A stretch of 5,558 nucleotides of DNA. Origin: Rotaria sordida (Eukaryota). A program made the position numbers and the translations under genes. The DNA lies in contig CAJNOH010000914.1 of NCBI GenBank assembly GCA_905250005.1, positions 4,807 through 10,364 of the forward strand, read 5' to 3'. Shown here piece after piece: positions 1 to 5,558 of this stretch. Within the stretch, counting starts at the first letter, position 1. Each line of letters opens with the position of its first letter. The notes below the pieces were generated by a model that saw only the letters and a list, made by a program, of their open reading frames with translations, did no database searches and was not told the origin of the DNA.

Positions 1-187
1 CTTCTGGGAATAATTTCACGCTTTTCACAAAGAAAAACTATCTCGGAATTATCAAAATCTGTACCATACAAAGTTCTGACACGATCTTTATAATTTTGGA
101 TGCTGTGCAATAATTGAAGTCCATAAATAACCGTCGTTATCATCGCACTGATTATTACTTCTGTTTGAAATGATTGTTCTTCAATTT
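1..187 (-). CDS. Exon 7, truncated at the window edge (KIEEQSFQTEVIISAMITTVIYGLQLLHSIQNYKDRVRTLYGTDFDNSEIVFLCEKREIIPR...)
   Basis: Acceptor ...TTTTTGTTTTCATAG at 188-189. Open frame to position 1 with correct phase; contains another hydrophobic segment. Confidence 0.75.
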
Positions 188-2707
188 CTATGAAAACAAA
201 AATCGATTAACAATTCAATTAATTATCTAATTTCAATGAACATACTGATATTTAATATACGTTCTACTAATTGTATGAGATAGATCATATAGATTGTTCT
301 ATCTGTTGTATAAAAAAATATCAGATTAAATGTAAGATGAATGAGAAAGACATATGCAATTGTATATGTACAAACAACAATGCTAGTAAATCGAAAATCT
401 TCTTCCCATGTGTATATTCCAGTAATAGATTTTCGAATTCTCGAGCAACATCCTTCTTCATTGAGATTCTCACTTTGAGCAATATTATTTCCCCCAGAAG
501 TAATTCGTTTCTTCGATTTTCGTACGAAAGTCTTCTGTTCTTTGTCCTCTCGAAAAGAATATTGATCGATTTTTCTTAATGGTACATCCCAAATACTTCT
601 ATTTCTTTCTCGAGCAATATAAATGGAATCGTAGAACACTCGTACAGTCAATTCTCCACAAATATATCCAATTAAACAATAATATAATGTATTTTTCGCT
701 ATACAATATACGAAGGACCATAAGTGCATATTTTTATAAATTTCTGTTTGATTGAATAATGAAATTTTGTTTGTAAATGTTAACCAATATAAATGTAAAT
801 TTTCCCGAAACATCATATGAACAAGATTTAGAATAAAATAAACCGATGCGAGAATACGCATACGTAAGTCTTGAAATCGTAACGAAGCAAGAATGGGACA
901 GTATCGAAATCTGAAATGATTTCAAAAACAAAATCAATCATTCAATTGATTATCAAAAGGAAATCTTACGTGTTAATAAGAATAAATACCATGCGTATAA
1001 AGATTTTGACAAATACACCGGATTCTAATGCATTTTGAACAGCGATTCGTGTCTCATCAAGAACTTCTAAGATTTCAAACATTTGAATTGAAACAATGAC
1101 CACTGTTTTGTACCGATCAGTTATATAAAATGGTTTGATCGGTTCGATGATTCCTCAAAGGAAAATTCTTTTAGTGCGAAATACAAATGCATGAAAAACA
1201 AATGAAATACTCGAATGATGTTTGTCATCACTTTGAGGTTTTTTGTTGAAAATGATCAGAATAACACTTATTCCAATGGAAAAAATAAAGAAAATTATAT
1301 TATCTAATCGAAAAATAGTATTTCGTTCATATTGATTGTTCATATAAATATTATCATTGGTGACAGAATCGAGTGTTGATACATTTGTATGATTTGTCGA
1401 AGATATTAGGAGATAACGAACGACTGGATTACCGATAAGTATCAAAAAGAAAACCAGTGACACTATAGAAACGAAAATTGAACGAGTACGCTTTTCATCT
1501 GGTTCTAATTCGAAGAATGTTGCTTGTCGAATACCATTGGTCACACCTTCAAATTGCTGATTAATTTTCTCATTTTTTCCATTAGTGTTCGATGGTGTCA
1601 ATCGCTTAATAACTTTCCAGAGTAAATTTCGAATGGGTTCACTAAGTAGTATAGGCGCAAGAATAACAATTGGAATAGCAATCAAGAGTTGAATGTTTTT
1701 GAGTGAAACTGAATCACAATAAGTTCCATTGTATGGAAATGAACATAAACATTTAAAATCTGTTTGACTATTAATACAACGTCCATGTTTACCACATTTG
1801 ATATTATTCACACAACGATCAAGTACTAATTTAGAGAGACAATTAGAAATGAAAAGATTATCTCAATTGAACTTACAATATTGACACAAATGTGCATATG
1901 CTACTTTCACGTTGATATTACTCAATGAACAAATAGATCTGTTGAAATTCAACTTCACAGTCAATATTAAAACAGTCGAATTCTCATCAACGACATTCCA
2001 TTGAAATTTATCACAGGGTTTACGAAGAGAACTAATGTTTTGAAATTGTTCATCATTGGATCTATGTACACGTAATAATCGTTCAGATGATCGGGTCTTT
2101 TCTTTGTAATTCTTGATATTATTTTCAAGAATCTTTTTCCCAAATTTGTTCCATTGATTACCATTATTATTTGACGATAACATATTGATGATTTTTGCAC
2201 CTAATTAAATCTATTTATCCTTGACATGATATTTTATCTTTACCTTTCATCAAATCAGGAGCGACTTCAATTAGTAAACTATCCAGATTATTCTTGATCA
2301 CAACATGTGCAGCATAAAGCAACTCCATTGATTGTTTAATGTACATCAATCGTGAAGTATTCAAATGAAGAAGATCGCAGGTGTAATTGGCTTGTGCAAC
2401 AGTTGATATATATTCGGATAGCATGTAGCACGAGTAGTTAAGTTGCGTCCATCCTTTTGGACAACGTAATTGATCAACTAAAATAAATCAACAAAGTGAA
2501 AACAAAAAACAATATAATCTATTTTTTCTCAGTACTGGTAGTCTCGTTGATTTTATCAATGTTTGAGGAAATTTTATCTAAGATTGATATTGATTCACTA
2601 GACTGCAACTTCTTTTCATTATTTCTTACTGCATTTGATGACTGTTGTAAAACAACAACAGTAATAAAAGGAATTACAAGCAGAAGAAAAATGGCAAAAT
2701 AATTCAT
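1..2707 (-). CDS. Partial multi-exon gene (3' end beyond the left edge): signal peptide/anchor + C-type-lectin-like region + EGF-like + multipass transmembrane protein. Model: complement(join(1..187,246..910,970..1153,1211..1825,1877..2200,2244..2477,2536..2707))
   Basis: Hand-built splice model. All six introns are GT...AG and 43-59 bp, and the frame stays open for 793 codons. ORF-track stop codons at the ends of the fragments fall inside introns. Domain signatures: CPKGWTQLNYSCYM...CDLL; CGKHGRCINSQTDFKCLCSFPYNGTYC; repeated 17-25 aa hydrophobic segments. Confidence 0.85.
246..910 (-). CDS. Exon 6: multiple transmembrane segments and a charged cytoplasmic-like loop (FRYCPILASLRFQDLRMRILASVYFILNLVHMM...RILNI)
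   Basis: Acceptor ...GAAATCATTTCAG, donor GTATGT. Extends the 212-aa ORF upstream by 16 codons in frame. Confidence 0.85.
970..1153 (-). CDS. Exon 5 (RGIIEPIKPFYITDRYKTVVIVSIQMFEILEVLDETRIAVQNALESGVFVKIFIRMVFILINT), missed by the ORF track
   Basis: Open frame between acceptor ...TTTCCTTTGAG and donor GTAAGA that exactly bridges the phases of exons 4 and 6. Confidence 0.8.
1211..1825 (-). CDS. Exon 4: EGF-like module, then three hydrophobic transmembrane segments
   Basis: RCVNNIKCGKHGRCINSQTDFKCLCSFPYNGTYC has the six-Cys EGF-like spacing. Hydrophobic runs: IQLLIAIPIVILAPILL, SIFVSIVSLVFFLILIG, IIFFIFSIGISVILIIF. Acceptor ...CTAAATTAG, donor GTATTT. Confidence 0.85.
1877..2200 (-). CDS. Exon 3: divergent remainder of the CTLD-like ectodomain (GAKIINMLSSNNNG...CDKFQWNVVDENS...SICSLSNINVKVAYAHLCQY)
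   Basis: Acceptor ...TTTAATTAG, donor GTAAGT, in frame with exons 2 and 4. Ends in a Cys-containing HLCQY, like the closing Cys region of a CTLD. Confidence 0.8.
2244..2477 (-). CDS. Exon 2: N-terminal part of a C-type-lectin-like domain (IDQLRCPKGWTQLNYSCYMLSEYISTVAQANYTCDLLHLNTSRLMYI...)
   Basis: Acceptor ...TTTATTTTAG and donor GTAAAG. CPxGWxxxxxSCY followed by a downstream Cys is the typical CTLD opening. Confidence 0.8.
2536..2707 (-). CDS. Exon 1: start codon and hydrophobic signal peptide or signal anchor (MNYFAIFLLLVIPFITVVVLQQSSN...NETT)
   Basis: ATG at 2707-2705; hydrophobic N-terminus; donor GTACTG at 2535; phase 1 (172 nt). An additional 5' exon cannot be excluded. Confidence 0.75.
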
Positions 2708-2938
2708 CTTGAGTGCATATAAATATCTTCTAAATATAAAAAAATACGCTTATGAATAAAAAGTCTATTAATTCTAAGATCACTTCAATTTGATAGTGTG
2801 ATTCGTTAACAAATATTTACTACTTGTATGATGCGGTATTTTGTTCTTGATTCAAGATAAAAAATGACGTGTTCTTTTTATTAGTGAATCGCGTTGCGCT
2901 GAAAGAACAGAAAAAAGAATTTGTTGAGTGTGCGCAGA

Positions 2939-3097
2939 CTAAATTTCGGTTTTTTTAGAGATTGCATTTCGATTGGCTTTTATCGACGTCAAATCATCGA
3001 TGTTATTTCTGCAGCGAAAAGCCAAAAAAATTGAAATGATTGAAATCACAATGACACAAAAAACAAGAAGAAAAAAAGTCTTGTTTATAAGCTTCAT
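2939..3097 (-). CDS. Possible 52-aa membrane-anchor ORF (MKLINKTFFLLVFCVIVISIISIFLAFRCRNNIDDLTSIKANRNAISKKTEI), below the ORF-track cutoff
   Basis: Start-to-stop ORF with a strong ~20-aa hydrophobic stretch. Size and layout resemble exon 1 downstream. No good GT donor seen. Confidence 0.3.
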   Translation of the reverse strand: MKLINKTFFLLVFCVIVISIISIFLAFRCRNNIDDLTSIKANRNAISKKTEI

Positions 3098-3349
3098 CGA
3101 TATTTTTGCTGTTAATTTTAATTGGTATTAGTTGAAAATTTAATTAGGAGATGAAATAATATCATGCTATGTTTTTTCTTTCATTGACTCATCACACTCA
3201 CACACATCAATATTCTCACATTCTGGATCAAATAACATCTTACTTCGATGAGAAACAAAAAATTTAAATATAAGTCTGACGACGTCATCATAAGATTAGA
3301 AAGTCAAGAGACGAATATGAAAGAATACTCTGAAAAAAAAGGAGTTTAA

Positions 3350-3372
3350 CAGAACCTTTTTTGTGGGTTCTG
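3350..3372. other. Short hairpin CAGAACC-TTTTTTGTG-GGTTCTG
   Basis: Perfect 7-bp arms with a 9-nt loop. Confidence 0.5.
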
Positions 3373-4264
3373 CTGTTTGATGCTGTACGAAACTCTATCT
3401 GAATGGTTGTGTCCAAAAAATGGTTTTGCAGGAAACTAGAAAAACTATTCACATTTATGTACAGAAAATAATTCAGCCGCTCGATAACGTTTATACATTA
3501 GGACGTCTTATGGAAAAACTAATCGTTCTATCCATCTAAGGGTTCTGGATGTCATTTTAAATCCTATTTTCACTTTCAAAAACTAATTCCCTCGTTTTAC
3601 AACGAATACTTTCTGAATCTTGAATTAGCTTCCTATGATCAAAATTGTTGTATATAAAAGTTGATGCAAAATATAGAGTTCGTCTAGTGATCAAATTGAT
3701 GTGCAATCTAAATGGAAAAAAAGATGTAGTAATCGGCAAAATCAGCGTTACGGAATTTCATCTTTTTTTCATAGTTCCAATGGAGATACTTTGAGAATGC
3801 GAATAGTACTAAAATCGTTCTGTGACTCAAGTGCATCAGTTCTAATCTTAGAACGAAACTACATCAAAAATTATCTCTATTTTAAGGCCAAAAATGAAGA
3901 AAAACAGAATTGATCAAAAATCTTCTTTTTAGATGCTTTTTAGACGATTAGTAGGGTTTATATCATTCACAAACAGAGCATCTCAGAGCTACAGACATGC
4001 TCCGTGACCTATCAACAGCATATTTTTAATTTTAGGACTGATTTTCTTTATTTTTCTATGTTAAAAACAAGTAGCACTCATCCTACAGGGATTCGCTGAC
4101 CCTCTTCTGAAAGAAGATCCACAGTCAGTCTTGAAAGAAATAATTTTAAACAAGTAACTGGCTTTGGAGATGACAACTTGTGATTAAAGATCTAACTTAT
4201 TTCGAAGTTTACATTAGAAAAAACATCTTTTATTCAAGATATGAAAGAAAAAAGATATTGTTTG

Positions 4265-4344
4265 GCTCTCTACCAGTGATGGAATTCGGTTCGTTTTTTG
4301 TGGAACCAAACCGAACCGAATCGGTCCCATCACTGCTCTCTACC
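4265..4344. mobile_element. Candidate miniature inverted-repeat element: 60-bp core 4275-4334 with 8-bp termini AGTGATGG/CCATCACT, flanked by 10-bp direct repeat GCTCTCTACC (4265-4274 and 4335-4344)
   Basis: Perfect 10-bp direct repeats immediately abut perfect 8-bp inverted termini; an internal second arm pair ATTCGGTTCG/CGAACCGAAT extends the fold. Confidence 0.6.
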
Positions 4345-4815
4345 TATAACCTTTTTGGATTGAGATTTAAAGCAATGACAATGAGAGCATGATTGTGAAT
4401 GGTAACACTCGCCTTTAATCGCTTCTACTGGGAAAAATTCGTCTACTCTACTCCTCACTGAAAATTTTTTTATTTTATTTGTACTTACCCTTAGTGGGAA
4501 AAAGTTACTTGATGTGCTATGAAACAAAAATATAAAAACGCAGAGAGAAAAAAGAATTTTCTCTTTTCAATAATAAAAGCAACTCTTTTCATCACTTCAT
4601 ACAGTTATGGCCTTGTTTTGAATCTACATAGACTTCGTTTCAGATTGGAAGGAAGCAAAAAAAACGTCGATTCACTGCCTTTTTCTATCGAGACAGTGCC
4701 TCTCTTACCCTCACTTTCAACACTCTCGACGAGCAAATAATAAAAAAAGTTGAGTGTATTTCATGTTGCAACTATCAATATTGACATAAATTGACGTTAA
4801 CCTCTTGGCTACCGC

Positions 4816-4834
4816 TGTCTTCAGATTGAAGACA
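4816..4834. other. Short hairpin TGTCTTC-AGATT-GAAGACA
   Basis: Perfect 7-bp arms with a 5-nt loop; function unknown. Confidence 0.5.
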
Positions 4835-4960
4835 AGATAGAGGAAAGAGAATATTCTTTTGCGTTCTGTCAAATGTTTCACCAGTTAAATACGCTAGAGA
4901 GAGTGATTTTCCGATTTTTCTAATCTATCGCACAGAACGAAAGAATTTGCCGGTATTCAA

Positions 4961-5078
4961 GAGGGTGTGGGTGTGGGTGTGTGGGTGTAGGTGTAGGTGT
5001 GGGTGAGGGTGTGGGGGTGGGTGTAGGTGTGGGTGTAGGTGTGGGTACGGATGTGGGTGTGAGTATGGGTTTGTGTCT
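4961..5078 (+). repeat. Degenerate G-rich array of hexamer GTGTGG (= TGTGGG), telomere-like
   Basis: About 18 consecutive hexamer-like units, including GTGTAG and GTGAGG variants, read directly. Confidence 0.85.
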
Positions 5079-5087
5079 TCTCTTCAT

Positions 5088-5154
5088 CACCTACCCACCT
5101 CCACGCTCACACCCACCTCCCACCCCCACCCCCACACCCACACCCACACCACAC
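5088..5154 (-). repeat. Degenerate C-rich array CCCACA/CCCACC, inverse orientation of the preceding G-rich array
   Basis: cacctacccacctccacgctcacacccacctcccacccccacccccacacccacacccacaccacac. Confidence 0.85.
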
Positions 5155-5190
5155 TGTAAAAAAAAATCGTAGAATACTAAACCCTAGTAC

Positions 5191-5210
5191 TTTAGGAAAA
5201 TTTTCCTAAA
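5191..5210. repeat. 20-bp perfect palindrome TTTAGGAAAATTTTCCTAAA
   Basis: Reverse complement is identical to itself. Confidence 0.95.
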
Positions 5211-5254
5211 CCCTTAAAGGGTTTATGCTGGTGTGTTAAACCCTTAAAGGGTTT
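5208..5254. repeat. Two copies of AAACCCTT-A-AAGGGTTT inverted repeat (5208-5224 and 5238-5254)
   Basis: 8-bp arms around a single A; copies start 30 bp apart. Confidence 0.9.
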
Positions 5255-5320
5255 TTGTGCGAAAGGGTTTCCGAAAAAAAGGGTATTTAAAAATAAAAAG
5301 GGTTTATGACTAACGAAAAA

Positions 5321-5558
5321 GGGTTTATTGTTCTACCCTTTCATGAAAAGGGTTTATTATTCTACGGCCAAGGGTTTATTGTTCTACTTTTTATAAAAAG
5401 GGTTAATTATTCTACGGCTAAGGGTTTATTGCGCTACCCTTTCATGAAAATGGTTTATGATTCTACGGATAAGGGTTTATTGTTCTACTCTTTCATGACA
5501 AGGGTTTATTATTCTACGGATAAGGGTTTATTGTTCTACTCTTTCATGACAAGGGTTT
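5321..5558. repeat. Higher-order tandem repeat, ~51-bp unit made of alternating 29-bp and 22-bp GGGTTTATT-type subunits; continues past the window edge
   Basis: GGGTTTA-type starts at 5321, 5350, 5372, 5400, 5422, 5451, 5473, 5502, 5524 and 5553, with spacings 29,22,28,22,29,22,29,22,29. Confidence 0.9.

Noticed and set aside
271-579. 102-aa + strand ORF rich in Cys and Ser
   Set aside because: Lies antisense to exon 6 of the well-supported minus-strand gene and has no recognisable domain.
734-937. 67-aa minus-strand ORF MILFLKSFQIS...
   Set aside because: Starts inside intron 5 and reads exon 6 in a different frame from the continuous gene model.
1967-2200. 77-aa + strand ORF
   Set aside because: Antisense to exon 3; fully explained as a shadow ORF.
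2496-2702. 68-aa + strand ORF with a hydrophobic start
   Set aside because: Antisense to the hydrophobic exon 1.
3167-3238. Minus-strand 23-aa Cys-rich mini-ORF MLFDPECENIDVCECDESMKEKT
   Set aside because: Too short, with no supporting splice sites that join it convincingly to another exon.
3975-4005. Short inverted repeat GAGCAT...ATGCTC considered as part of a tRNA or small RNA
   Set aside because: Six-bp stem only, with no cloverleaf, A/B box or anticodon arm identifiable.
3557-4740. Scattered 60-73-aa ORFs on both strands (3557, 3701, 4180, 4330, 4519)
   Set aside because: Short, mutually overlapping, low-complexity or spanning the hairpin element. No domain signatures or consistent splice chain recognised.
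4981-5172. 63-aa + strand ORF (MGVGVGVGEGVGVG...PTPTPTPTPHCKKKS)
   Set aside because: Translation of the GT-rich and CA-rich simple repeats; no protein-like composition or independent evidence.
5321-5558. Alternating 29/22-bp pattern resembling a CRISPR array
   Set aside because: The would-be spacers are near-identical copies of each other and share the repeat core, and the locus is eukaryotic. It is a tandem satellite.

Overview
This looks like an AT-rich eukaryotic genomic window, most likely a bdelloid rotifer. That assignment is an inference from very short GT-AG introns and a TGTGGG-type telomere-like repeat. The left half (minus strand, about 2707 down to position 1, running off the left edge) holds one multi-exon gene that the ORF track breaks into separate ORFs. 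Seven exons join in frame across six GT-AG introns of 43-59 bp, giving at least 793 codons. The predicted protein has an N-terminal signal peptide or anchor, a divergent C-type-lectin-like region, one EGF-like module and then at least 7-8 transmembrane segments. The membrane part weakly resembles STRA6/RBP-receptor-like proteins. Just upstream on the same strand is an unlisted 52-aa ORF resembling a second signal-anchor exon. Positions ~3100-4950 appear mostly noncoding, but contain a 60-bp inverted-repeat element (4275-4334) flanked by a perfect 10-bp direct repeat, which looks like a miniature transposon with a target-site duplication. The right end has a G-rich GTGTGG array facing a C-rich CCCACA array (interstitial telomere-like, head-to-head), then a 20-bp perfect palindrome, two AAACCCTT-A-AAGGGTTT palindromes and a 51-bp higher-order tandem repeat made of alternating 29- and 22-bp subunits. 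No prokaryotic defence system or CRISPR array is supported.
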